From assembly GCA_050575255.1 (NCBI GenBank), contig JBNZDD010013725.1, positions 4,685,009-4,749,008 of the forward strand: DNA of 64,000 nt, given 5' to 3'. The stretch is from Harriotta raleighana (lineage: Eukaryota). Positions 12,926-25,548 of this stretch are shown here, one piece after another. The position numbers and the translations under genes were made by a program. The number at the start of each line of letters is the position of its first letter. Within the stretch, counting starts at the first letter, position 1. The notes below the pieces were generated by a model that did no database searches, was not told the DNA's origin, and saw only the letters and a program-made list of their open reading frames with translations.

Positions 12926-13618
12926 GCAAAAAGAAGCCATCTGTAAACCTGGGGTAACTCTATAATGAGCGAAACAAAACAAGGAGAAATGTCTCGCAGC
13001 TATTCTCCGGTTGGCAAGAGAAAGGCCGCTGTTTAAATGAGGCAGAAATGTAACTTCTACAAGCATATTTCTTAATTGTCACCCTAAACCGCATGTTCGA
13101 AGAACAGGATTAAGCGCTGCGTTACTAGGTCCGATCCCTGAATACGTCTGGAATATGTCCCCAATATCCTTGACGCATGTTAAGTGCTCCAATTCCTTTC
13201 ATGACATTTAAGAGAAGCACTGAGTCTAACATGCACAGACACAGAGACCGGCGAACATCAGTCTGGGCGCTTCCGTCACCTGACTTATAGTGACTAAAGT
13301 ATGCCCTGATGAACAGTTAAACTCTCGACTCAAGATAAACCGTCACATAAACATGGTATACGAGTTCAGATTTTCCTCTGCAGGAAGTAGCTGCCCCACT
13401 AAAATTTACCAATTCCAGAAATTCGCCATTGAAATTTAACAATACCCAGGCTTTTACAGCCGTCACTGTAAATTTTAATAAGCACTTTGTTCCAGTCATG
13501 AAAGCAGATTGCAGATTGGTTTCCACCGGTCCTGTCACCGTTTTCAAAAAGGACTTGTTCCAGCTCTTTTATACTGTCCCGGTAAAGATGGACAAAAAAG
13601 TTAAAAGCTTGAACACTT

Positions 13619-13681
13619 GACTATTAGAGCACACACTGACCATTAGATCACACACTCGCTAATAGAGCACCCACTGACCAT
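13619..13681 (+). repeat. 19-nt minisatellite, about 3.3 units
   Basis: gactattagagcacacact / gaccattagatcacacact / cgctaatagagcacccact / gaccat. Confidence 0.8.
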
Positions 13682-14074
13682 CCAAAGGATGATGCCTCTA
13701 ACAATGCAACACTCCAAACACACTAACTTTAACTCATTCTCACTCAGAGGCGAGAGAGTGCTATCAACTGACTGGCACATGACGTTCTCAAGATTGGAAA
13801 TACGTGGGATGGACTGATGGGGGAAGTAGTGTAGGCAGATTGGGTTGGCTGATTCAAGATGGAATCAGATGTCTGGTTGATAAATCATTCCATTAAAGGT
13901 TACAAACGTCAAGAGTAGGTGGGAGTATTTTTTCTGCTCTGGGATCGTGAGAGAGACCTCAATGGTCAAGCTCATTCATATTTTCCCATGATAGATTACT
14001 CTTTGAATAAATGTTTTTTTTCCAAATCATCTAAACTTATTTTTGCCATATTTCTATTTACAACCTATGCTCTG

Positions 14075-14640
14075 TCATAGGAACAGGTTTAGGCCATTCA
14101 GCCCTTCGAGCCTGTTCCGTCATTTAATAAGATCATGGCTGACCTGTAACTCTACATATCCTTTCAATTCCAATTTCCCGCTTTCTCCCCATATCCCTTA
14201 ATACCCTGACCTACCAAATATTTATCAACCTCATTCTTGAAGGTGTGGATAGATCCAGCATCCACTACCTTTTTCTTCACTGGATATATTAAGTGTAGTG
14301 ATTGGTATTGTGTAGGGGAATGTGCCAATCAGTTTGTGCACAACAGTGTCCCACAAGCAGCCATGAAGTGAATAACTAATTTTATTTGGGGGATTGTTGG
14401 CTAAAACACTACACATTTAGAAACACTTCACTTTATCAATAGTGGTATGGGATCCACATGAACAAAGAGGCACTTTTGGGACCTCAGTTTGATGCCTCTT
14501 CTGAATGACACCTCCACCATTGCAGGATACCCCATTACATTGGAGTGTCAACATAAACTAGAAGCCCTGTATGTGGATTAAATCTACCATCATCTGACGT
14601 AGAGGTGAGAGTGCAACTGAATGAGCCAAATTGATACCTT
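14075..14640 (-). mobile_element. CR1 3' end (about 14075-14270) followed by old Deu-SINE (about 14315-14640)
   Basis: cataggaacagg..ggccattcagcccttcgagcctgttccg (CR1 3'UTR, reverse); cagtgtcccacaagcagcc..ggtgagagtgcaactgaatgagcc. Confidence 0.7.
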
Positions 14641-16480
14641 CAATGAGGTGTCACTTTTGTTGACCAAATATTAAAATATTACTATATTGTAGAGCTTTAA
14701 AGGACTTTAAACCCTTAGCATAATCTATATACAGTACTGTAGGTACATTCCTCTGCTGACTAAAAGTTTCAGCATGCTGCTAACTCGTTTAATTATTTCA
14801 TCACATTTGACTGATAACAATCCTGACATTTGATATAGTGCCCGTTTTGTCAGGAGGATATCTCAAAGTGCTTCATCGGACCTACTGTAAAGTGTAGTGT
14901 TTGTGCATCTTGTAGGTAAACTTTCACCTGGGTATACAAGTTTACTCTTATAACATAGTACTTCAGAGGGTGTAGAGTTTCACAAAATGTTTAATTAAAT
15001 TTTAACTTTGAAATACATTTTCTATATTCTTAAATGAAACTTGCAGTAAAGCAGCTTCAAAATCAAACAGTGCATATATGGATTTGACAAGATTCTTGCG
15101 ACTATGAAATGTTACGTTAACAGAGTAAATCTATTCCCAGGTGGCATTTCTATCCAGATGTGTCTACTATTACTCCCAAGTCTCTTTCCTAATTCTCCCT
15201 GCTCCAGTTTGATTCCATTCACTGTGTACATAATTCACACATTTTTCTTCCACCCGTGTATAATTATTTGCATTTATCAGTGTTAAATTTCATTTCCCAT
15301 GTGTCTGTCCAATTACATAATAACTCTAAATCCTTTTGCAAATCTCTACCTGCTTCCTGTGGGTGAAACTCCCTCCCTCAACATCCATAGCTTTCAGCTA
15401 TACTCACCTCAAGGGCCTTTTTTGCACCTCTGGCATCCCTTTCAACCTGGTTTAGCAAATTCCTATTTTCCTGCTTGCGTTCTTTTCTTGCCTTTTCCCT
15501 GTCCTGGGATTGCTCGATGCTGACACCGGAGGCCTAAAATGGGAGCCTTTTCCAACTTTCAGCAATCCCAAGAAAATCCAATTCCAACATCCCTCATTCC
15601 GAGAAAATCCATAAAAATACATTACATTTCTGTGTGCTGATTGTCCCACCACCCAGTGACACTGGTGTAAGGCGCTGTTTCCACAGCACTTAAAAGCCAT
15701 TGAGATTTTTTTGGAGAGTTTATTATTACCTTACTGGACAGGTTTAATGGGCTAGATATTCCTGGCCCCAATTTACTCCCGGTTTTCTGGCCAACAATCC
15801 CCAAATCAAATTGGTCATTCACTCCATGGCTGTTTGTGGGACATTGTTGTGGCACAATTTGGCTGCTGTGTGTGACTATAAATACATAGTGAAAATACAT
15901 TAAAGTTGAATCCCGTGAAGCATTTTCAGACATCTTGGCGACATGATAAGAGGCTATTCCATATGCAAGAACTTTTTTGTATATTTTCTTATGATTTCAA
16001 TGTGTGCAGAATTCAGCCTCAATAATGCAACAGCTTTCACATCAGGAGGACATTCGAAAGCCATTCATATGATTTACTATTAGGTGCAGCGAATGTGTAT
16101 TATGAGGCAGGTTTTCCACAGCTCTTAAAAGGACCTTTAGGACTTATGGGGACTGGGCTAGGTGGTCAAATGTGGACTGTAATGTTCCACATAATATATT
16201 TATTCTTCAAGAACCTACCTAATTCCCTTTAACTGATGTGGTCAACTCAGCTTCTGCAGCTACTTGGAGCAATGTGTTCCACATTCTTTATGCATGAAAA
16301 AACATCTCTTCACTTACACTTTTTCTGTTTCTAGCAAAAACGAATTCAATGTTTTTGGTCCCTTTTTCGCTTCTTCACCAACCAGTGGATTTAATCGACT
16401 GCTAACTACTCTCTATTGACCTCCAGAGTAAATGTAACTCAGGAAATAATAACTATGAACAAAAATAATAAACCTTGCAT

Positions 16481-16760
16481 TGTGGAGTCCTGTGGTTCGA
16501 GCACTCGCCTTACAAGCGAGAAACTTGGGTTCGATTCCTGGCAGGTCAGGGTGAATCCTTAGGCAAGTTTCCTTACTCCACACGCCTAATAATAATCCCT
16601 CAACAAAAACAATAATAAATTGATCATTTCAATCCACGTCTGTTTGTGGGACACTACTGTGTGCAATTGGCTGCCTCGTTTCGTCCACAAATATACAGTC
16701 AATTCATTTTACAATATATTCTGTGAAGTGCCAAGGATTATTATTACTTTTATTATTATT
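16481..16760 (+). mobile_element. Young tRNA-derived SINE
   Basis: Head with anticodon-like stem-loop CTCGC-CTTACAA-GCGAG and B box ggttcgattcc; body; partly deleted tail. Confidence 0.9.
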
Positions 16761-17997
16761 TCCCCATCACTGGTACTAGCATGAACAGCAATGACGAATA
16801 AGGCTGAAGGCCTAGGAAATGTGAGCTGTGTGATAGGGATTAAAAATCCTCTGTTAAGTGTTTCTCAGCAGGCCATTCATCACAATTACTCGGGGCTCCG
16901 AACTCCTGATTCTCTTTAACAAACTGTTCCCGTGTGTTCCACGCGGCTTTAAATAATTTTCCTGTGCACTGTCAAAAGCCAAACGTAGCCAAAGAAAACA
17001 TCAAAACACTGAATTGAAAGGTTTCAAAACTACTTAATTATTCCCAGGCAATTAGAATAAAGATTAACATTCAGAGACTGGCCTTTAGAGCATGTTTAGT
17101 TTAACTAAAGCAGCACTTTAAAATATAAAGTTAAGTTTAGCAACAAAATAAAAACAAACATATCATTATGTGTCGTTCCCATCCTCATCTCCTCCGTTGT
17201 TGGAATGAACTGTCTGCCTGAATGGATTATTTTGTTTACGTTTCACTTTTTTGACAAAACTTTGCCCAATACAAGTTGAGGATTCAGCGGGGCCATAGGA
17301 ATGTGTCTGTAGACTGGCTCCTGGGAATTCCTTGTGGTATAAATATACAGTGGAGTGAGAATCTATTTGAGTTTCACTACGAATTGGTCTCCTGAAGTTC
17401 CTGGGTGGTCCTGGGTCGTTTTTTCATTATAAAAACATGGGAAATTTCAGTATTGCAGCAAATGGAAATGGAAGTGATAGCCAACAGTATCTCCAGAGCA
17501 TGGCTGTATCTCCAACTAGTGGTACCATTGCTCAATGGGAAGGAATGTGTGTCTGAGCTGTAGGCAGGAAGACAGTGGCAATGCTCCCACGCATTTCACC
17601 CATTTGTTCCTAGTACTTGCCATCCACCTAGTGAGGGTTCAAACCCGCACTTGTCGGATGTCAAATGAGCAAATGGTGACTTTCCTCCTTTTGGTTGAGG
17701 TATAGGTGAACAGCATTGACTTCTGCAATGGCTTTCCCCTCTCCTGTACCTCTCTATTTCTTTCTCCCCCATCTTTGCATCAAGACTCAGCACAGATTAA
17801 TCTATTATTTAAATACAACAACAACAAACAACAAAACTACATATGGAGAGCATCTTTCATGTCAGGAGAAATCTTAAAATTTATCTCACACAGGAGCAAA
17901 AAAATCACTGGGGTAGTTTCAATAATCTAATCCCTGACTAATCCAGATTATCTTTTTAACAAAGATGCCTGTCTTTTTTTTTTCTTTTATGCTCTCT

Positions 17998-19190
17998 AAA
18001 CCTCTCTTCCTTTTGTTAACCTCTCTTCCCTTGCCTTCTGTGAGTAAGTAAAACAAGGTAACTAACATAACTTTCAAATCCACTGCCTATAAAAACACAC
18101 ACAGTTAACCCGTTTGTGTATTNAAACCTCTCTTCCTTTTGTTAACCTCTCTTCCCTTGCCTTCTGTGAGTAACTAAAACAAGGTAACTAACATAACTTT
18201 CAAATCCACAGCGTATAAAAACACACACAGTGAACCCGTTTGTGTATATACATGTATATATGAATATATAAATATACATATATGTATATATAAAGTACAG
18301 TAGTTCACAATTGACTTGTCTGTGTGCTCAATGTTCAAAAACATTTGAAAAGTTAAAAGTTACCCAATAGGGATATTTTAAAGTATTGGGAAAGAACAAA
18401 AGTAAAATTATTGTTTTCATAACTGGTGGTTTTGTGGTTTCTTCACTTTAGGATGTCCCTCNATATAAATATACATATATGTATATATAAAGTACAGTAG
18501 TTCACAATTGACTTGTCTGTGTGCTCAATGTTCAAAAACATTTGAAAAGTTAAAAGTATTGGGAAAGAACAAAAATAAAATTATTGTTTTCATATCTGGT
18601 GGTTTTGTGGTTTCTTCACTCTAGGATGTCCCTCTTGCTCCAAAATACAACCCTATACTGATTTTGGTGCACATTTTACATAGAACTTTTATCAGTACAC
18701 AATGCTGGTATCCATCAAATTCAATCCTCAGCTCTTCCTTCCTTAAATTCGATCCCTGATCAACAATTGTTTTTCTTCACCTCTGCCAAATTTTCTGCTT
18801 CTGTCCTTATCTCACATCTAATGTTGCTGAAACTCACATTCAGACAAACGCTGCAGTCAATTTGTGCATAGCACTGACCTGCAATCAGTCACAAAGTGAA
18901 TGAACTAATCTTATTTTGGGGATTGTTGGCCAGAATACCAGGAGAAACTTTTTTTTTAATAGAGGCATGGGATCTTTAATATCAGCCTGAACAGACAAAT
19001 GAATCCTCGGTTTTTAAAACAAATCTCATCTGAAGGACAGTATCTCCAACAATGCAGTGATTCCCTCAATACTGTAATGGAGTGTCAATCTAGACTTCAA
19101 GTTCAAAGTCCTTATTAACAATAATAATAANACTGTAATGGAGTGTCAATCTAGACTTCAAGTTCAAAGTCCTTATNAACAATAATAATA
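17998..19190. other. Assembly joins: single Ns flanked by near-identical duplicated sequence (N at 18123, 18462, 19131; also 49059, 57157, 57315)
   Basis: Each of these Ns sits between two copies of the same roughly 40-200 nt that are identical or differ by a few SNPs/indels, typical of unmerged contig or haplotype overlaps. Confidence 0.85.
18850..19110 (-). mobile_element. Old Deu-domain SINE
   Basis: gggattgttggccagaataccaggag..catgggatctttaatatc..ctcatctgaaggacag. Confidence 0.7.
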
Positions 19191-20614
19191 ATAATCCTTG
19201 CATTTGATATACTGTAGCACACTTATCACATCGTTGAAACACCTCAAAACGCTTCACAGGTTATACTGTAAAGTGTAGTGACTGTATATTTTGTGGGTGA
19301 AACCAAAACCTTCTGAATCAGGGATGAGAGCTACCAATTGAGTCAGCCTAGTACCTCGAGGGGGAGGGAGGGCCGAGTAAGCACTGTGGTAGGGCTATTC
19401 ATTTAGTTATCGTTAAGCAGAATATTCACACTGGTCTAATGTGTTAATGAACACACAGATCGCAATTTTCACCCCTATGTTAACAATCATAGGAAATATT
19501 TGCGATTACATTTTCAGAGCTGTGTTCCTGGCTAATTTGCCTGCAACTGCCATCGCTATTCATGACAGCAATCCCATATGAAGTGCTTTGAGATATTTTG
19601 ATGTTCCAATGCAAATGCAAATATTATTAATGTGATTGAGAAAGAGGTGTAGAAAGTTACAGCACAGAAGGCCATTTGGCTCATTGTTCCTGTGGCTCGC
19701 TCTTTCAGAGAGCAATTTACTGTACAAATAGTTTTCAGAGATTAATGGTAAAAAAAAAGTTCTCTTATTATGAACTATATACAAAGGGGGGAAACAGAAA
19801 CATAACAGTATTAAATTTTGAAGATAAAATGTGGGCCAGCTGCTTAAACTTGGAATTAATGTTTCGCTTTGTTAACCTACTTCCTGTGCTCTCCTAACAT
19901 GGTGCAACAGCTGACTAAAGCAATCTGTTAATATCTTTTACTTTCTCCCTTGCTGATGTTATCCAATTTTCCTTCCCTATCTTTCCTTCTTACACACAGC
20001 CATAGGCTGTCATCTGCTACCCAATGATTAGAAAGTGGAACTCACAGCTAGCAAAGTTAGCATCAATTTATTTAAGAGAAAGCTTGATTCATACACGAGG
20101 GCGAAGGGAATAGATGAAGAGAGGCTTGTGTAGAGAATAATTACCATTGGGGACTGGTTGGGTCGACTGGGCTGTTTCCATCCCATATCACTCTATGTAA
20201 CTACAGTATGTTTATACTGGCTTATGTCAACTTTATTCGGTAAAGCAATCCCTTTGCTCAATATGCAATATTTCTGTTCTATTGCCCAGAATACACACAC
20301 TGGCTTTTGAGATAAGGTAAAACAGCTATTAAACATCCAGTGTCATTCACCAGTAACCCAGTTCATTGTTCTGTATTTAATGTGATTGGATTCTGTAATT
20401 TGCCAAGTCTAGTTTGTCTGAGTGTTGGAACATTCCCAGCCATCACTTTGCTACTTTGTCCATCTGCCAAATGTCGAGCAACTAAAGTGAGAGCAAGTGA
20501 GTCGTTTCCTTGATTTTTCACTCGACTTTAGGTTTTTAAAACTTTGACCAGAAGGATTGTCTTGCCTCTGGGGCTAACTTCCTACATCGGGACTAAAGCT
20601 CATTGATCAAACTG

Positions 20615-21064
20615 ACATTCTAGTGGAGAATTTGGAAGGTGATGGGGGAGGACTGCATTGTCAGAGGTGTTGACTTTCAAATTAGACATTAATTTGTCTA
20701 AATAATTTGATGGAGGGTCCGTTTTGCTGTTGAGGTGAATGTTAAAGATTCTGTTAAGATTTTTTGAAGGAAACGGAACATCTCCGCTTGACCTGACCAA
20801 CAATCCCCCTTAGTAATTCTGAATTCCTCCATCTCATGACTGTTTGTGGGACCTTCATTGCTAGTGAATATGGCTGCTGTCTTTATCTACAAATTCAGTG
20901 ACTTACAACTGGATAGGTATCTGGGGAAGACGGGCTTGCAGGGTTATGGGGAGAAAGCTGGTGATTGGGGTTAATAAAAGTGACTTGCTCCGTCAAAGAG
21001 CCGGTACAGACTCGATGGGCCGAATGGCCTCCTTCTGTGCCGTAACCTTCTATGATTCTATGAT
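20615..21064 (+). mobile_element. Old Deu-SINE fragment (about 20615-20905) followed by a well-preserved CR1 3'UTR (about 20910-21064)
   Basis: gatgggccgaatggcctccttctgtgccgtaaccTTCTATGATTCTATGA, the CR1 octamer tail. Confidence 0.8.
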
Positions 21065-22739
21065 TTGATAGTAATTACTTGCAATGACTTTTGAGATTGG
21101 TTGATGTGATAAGTGCTATCAAAATAATTTTATGAAAAATATTAAGGCAAGCTGATTCAAAAGAAGGTTGAGATCGTTTAAAGGATTTTATGGAAATTAT
21201 TAAAGGATTTCATGGCCATGGTCACAGTACATTTGTTTCTAACAGCTTGTTTTCATTGGAATTTAGAAATAATTGCTAAGTGAATCTGGAGTGCAACTGG
21301 CCAAAGTGACTTAAATGGAAAACTAAAAACATTTCGATTGCAATCTTCAAATTGTGCCAAAGTAACTTCACCTCTCAGTTGTTAGCCAAACTAAGTACAC
21401 AGTGACATTAACCACAAATGTACGGTGGGTAGAAAGAATATTAAAGCACTTGAAATACCCTGGACATGCTTAAAAACCCACCCACTGAAAAGCCGTTTCA
21501 GAAATATATTTGGCGGCAGAAAAACAGGATGTGGCTTAGCACTTTTGGCAGACAACTTGCAAATTAAATAATAAAAAAAAGACTTTGACCCTCTAAAGCG
21601 AGGTCAGCCAAACAACTTTAAAATCACACGTACTTTTATCAGACATCACAATCTTGCCTTGGAAAAAAAAACCTACCAACCTCGTTTTTGGACTTGAAAG
21701 GAGAAATGTATAAAGGAAAATGTACCACCAAGCAACTCCTTGGCTGCCACTGCAGCAAGATTTTATCTTATAAAGCTGAGCCATATACAATATAGCCCTG
21801 AACAGAGGTACTGTTCAGTGGTGCTTTGTGTGAATTCTAATAATAATAATGATTATCCTTACATTTGCTATAACTCCTTATCACATTGCTGAGCTGTCTC
21901 AAGGCATTTCACGCAATATAGTGTGAATTGACGGTATTTAGTGGGTGGAACGTGACAGCCAATTGCACACAGAGGTGTCACACAATCGGTTGAGTGAGTA
22001 AATTATTATTATATTATTTATTTATTGTTTAGTGATCATTATCCCTGGAAAGCGATCCACCAATCGACTAATAACCAGGTTCCTACTTACTGCCAGGTAA
22101 ACAAAGGCGTGTAAGGAAACTTGCCTAAGGGTTCTCAGACTTGAGATTTACTCAGAATTGTATTCAGCAATCACAAATGTACTCATGTATGAAACAAGAT
22201 TTAAAATGGTATGGGGGTGAAAGCCATCCATTAAATGTTCAATGCTTTCCCCCTTTACCCCCCTAGCCACCATTTCATAAGTAAAACTCATTAGTTCGGG
22301 CTCAGAGAAGGCAGATGAAAGTCTTTCCTTACAGCAGCCTCCGCGACAGCTCATTTCAATCCAGAAATGTTAGCATGGACAGATCACAGTAAGTTCAAAC
22401 AGCCACAATCTTGTCACGGTTTGATACAATCGTGACACAGGGCTGCTCATTTCAAGTACATTAGCCTCTCACCAACCCAGTTACAATGTTCTGGGTGCTA
22501 TGGAACTCGCTGGATTCCATGTTTTATTATCTCTGCTCCCAAATCGCTAATTTGGAGAGGGTGTTTTTTGTGGCAACAAACAAGAGTTCTTTTAAGTGAG
22601 ATAGAAAAAAAAACACTTCAAAAGAGCACAGGATATGGCAGCTGTCCATCAGACACACAATACGATTAACTAAAGAAACAGAGAGAACCTTCCTCGATCT
22701 TGAGGATTGGCATTTGAATGCAACTAAAAGGAATACAAA

Positions 22740-23020
22740 AACAATAACAAGCTGACGACTATAGTGCGGTCTTTCACTTCAGAAAGACAAATCGAAGCAA
22801 CTCATTCAGCTAACTTGGGAGCCCGAACTGGGGAGAAGCAAAGGAGGACCGAATCTGTAGGTCTTAAAGGGAGTGTGGAAATCAGGGAAACGGGGCGAGG
22901 GGGAAGGTCTGTGGTATGAAGTTCCAGAGAGCAGGGGGTAAAAGCTCACCCAGTGATGGCGGAGTGGCTCAGGCTGGGACATGAAATAGGCTGGTGTTTG
23001 CAATGCATAGCTTTCTTCGA
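22740..23020 (-). mobile_element. L2 3' fragment
   Basis: aacaataacaa tail, gtaggtcttaaag, gttccagaga..aaagctc. Confidence 0.6.
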
Positions 23021-23395
23021 GTGAGGGGTACAGAAGACTACAAAAGAGCACAGGATACGACAGCAGCCCTTCAGACAAACAATATGGAAGCAGTAAAGAA
23101 GCAAGGGAGGCGTCATTCCGCCACCGCCCAACCACTAAACTCAGCTCAACAGCTTCCTCCAGGTCTTAAAATCAAAGCTGAGTCAGTTATCCAGAAAACA
23201 TAGCAGCACAATTTTTTTTTATTTTTTAAAGTATATCTTTATCTGCTATTGTGTATCAATCAGTAAAATTAGCACATCTTTGGATTTGTAAATTGGGTTT
23301 GACAAATGACAGAGGTTTTAAGTGGGGAGGGTATACAACACCACAGTGGCTTTAGTCACTGCCGATAGTTAAGAAATGGGTCTAAATGTGCAGTA

Positions 23396-24076
23396 CAAGT
23401 AGACCCCATTTAACATTGCTTCGGTCAACGTTGTTTCGTTATCCCATTGCTGACACATGGATCCATTTAGCGTCGCGACATTCGCTATTTCATCGTTCGC
23501 CAGCGGGTGGAAATGAACCACTGTAGTTTGGGTAGCGTAGGCTCCCACAACAGCAACAACAACTTCGATTTCTATAGCGCCCTCCACGCGACTCAGAGCG
23601 CTTAAGGCTACCGTCCAGTATTCTGATGCAGAGTCCATCCACAGTCTTACAGTCGCCATTTTAAGTTTGTGCACAGATGTGAACTTGGTAAAAAAAAATT
23701 GTATGATTTATTTGTGCAATCCTCTAGAAACACGAATCAAAAAGGCCCAGAAAGTGACAGGGGTGAGTCTGGTAGTAGTAAAAAAAAAATCCAGGAAAAC
23801 TATTACTCTCAAAATGGAATGAGATGTTTTAACCCATTTTTATGCTGTGAGTGTTATGTTATTTAAATTTTTAAAAATTATATTTTACATTTATGAATGT
23901 ACTTGTATTTCAACTCATAATGTTTTTTTTAAAGAAAATTGACGAAAAATGTCCAAAAGAACCTTACTCCAATTTATACATTCATTTTTATGGGAAATAT
24001 AGATTTACTTAACGTCGTTTCGCTCAAAGTTGCACTTTCCAAGAACACAACTGCGACGTTAAGCGGGGAATAATTG
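23396..24076. mobile_element. Tigger/pogo-like non-autonomous DNA transposon with a nested L2 tail (about 23548-23610)
   Basis: TA|caagtagaccccatttaac ... gttaagcggggaataattg|TA: imperfect TIRs, TA flanks, repeated subterminal aacgt(t/c)gtttcg motifs. Confidence 0.65.
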
Positions 24077-24597
24077 TACCTCATAATGTGTTTCATAACC
24101 ATAAACATTATATTCAACACATTGTGAATCACTGCAGATTTCACCCCATCCTTGTGTTGCTGCGCTATTGTTTTCAGGAGCCAGCGATACAGTGAGGCAA
24201 ATGGGGACCCCTTAGGCACTGGGAAATAGCTGTTCACGTAGAATAATAAAACCTGGTGGAGCAAAAGGTTTCTCGGCTACAACGAGTTACATAACAAGGA
24301 ACACGAGTCTCTCTTGTGAAGTGTGCAATCTATTTGAGTGCACGGTGCCTCTGGTTTCCTGCAAACCTGATGGATCTGAAACAAACAAACCTCAGCACTT
24401 GTATCAATATTACAATGTTGCAAAATTTTGTCAGGGCATATACATCACTTCCAAGCAAAATTGCAACGCCTGCTAAATAATGCATGAGACTTGGAAAGGA
24501 AAACGCCAATATTATATTATGCTTGAGTACGCCCCACAGGTACAATAGACTGTGGTTTCACTGTTCACTACGTGTGTCTGCTGCATGCAGGATGAAT

Positions 24598-24900
24598 ATG
24601 TAGCTCGGTGGTTAGAGCACACGCCTTTACAAGGAAGAGCCCTTCGATTCCAGGCAAGTCCAGGGCGAAACCTTGGGCAAGTTTCCTTACTCCACACGCC
24701 TGAATACGAATCCCTCAAAATAACAACAATGATAAATTGGTCATTTCAGCCCACGACTGTTTGTGGGACGCTGCTGTGCGCAATTGGCTGCCGCGTTTCG
24801 CCCACAAATACACAGTCAATTCACTTTCCAGTATATTCTGTGAAGCGTTTTGAGGCATCTAGAAAATGTGAAAAACGCTATATCAAATATAAGGATTATT
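24598..24900 (+). mobile_element. Young tRNA-derived SINE, full length
   Basis: tgtagctcggtggttagagc..ttcgattcc..body..tail. Confidence 0.9.
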
Positions 24901-25130
24901 GGTATGGGAGTGGGAGGAGGGAGAGGTGGGAAGAGATTAAGGTTGTTTTCATATTGGAGGTCTTAGATAATCAGGAATTTTGCCCCTCTATACATTTTCT
25001 CAAGGCAGGTTGACTCTATTATAACTCACTGGTTTGGGTCCATAAACTGAAACACTTTGTGTTGTAAGGACAGGAGTTAGGATACAGAACGCCCCACGGG
25101 AGCAGTGATGGTGCAGGCAAGATCCATATT

Positions 25131-25548
25131 ACAACAACAAATAACAACAAAATTACATTTATGGAGCACCTTTCACGTTGGGAGGACGCCCCAGGGCGCT
25201 GAACAGTCAAATCGGGTCCCGAGCAAGGGAGAGGGGCAAGGTAGGGTGGAGGGAAGGCAGAGAGTTAGGAGGGGAGGGAGGGAGGGCAGCCGAAGACGGG
25301 ATCGAAGAGGAGGGTCTTGATACCGGCCTTGAAAGAGGCAAGGGAGGAAGCAAGGCGAAGGGACTGTGCGATAAAGTTCTAGAGTGTGGGCGCAGAGAGG
25401 CTGGGAAAGTCTGTCCACCAATGGTAGGGTGGGTCAGGCCGGGGACATGGAACAGATCGCAGCCTGCTGAATGGAGGAGGAGGATAAGTTGATAAGACGA
25501 TAGCAGGTCAAAAAGATTGGAGAGGGAAAGGTCGTGAATGGCCTTGAA
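25131..25548 (-). mobile_element. L2 3' fragment
   Basis: (CAA)n tail, cctttcacgttgggaggacgccc stem-loop, ggtcttga..ggccttgaa. Confidence 0.8.

Noticed and set aside
13619-13681. Short regularly repeated units (CRISPR-like at a glance)
   Set aside because: Head-to-tail minisatellite without spacers in a vertebrate intron; no cas genes.
15402-15460. Strong sense donor GAG|gtgagt with a possible short exon
   Set aside because: The upstream AG lacks a polypyrimidine tract, and there is no neuropilin-like coding.
17998-18634. Apparent tandem duplications of 125-200 nt (also 19071-19190, 48991-49127, 57013-57300)
   Set aside because: Each is centred on a single N; most likely unmerged contig or haplotype overlaps rather than real repeats.
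24552-25013. 153-aa ORF, and similar ORFs at 49341-49817, 28096-28596, 33731-34189 and 61775-62230
   Set aside because: Read-through of SINE/LINE, low-complexity or unremarkable intronic sequence, with no recognisable protein family.
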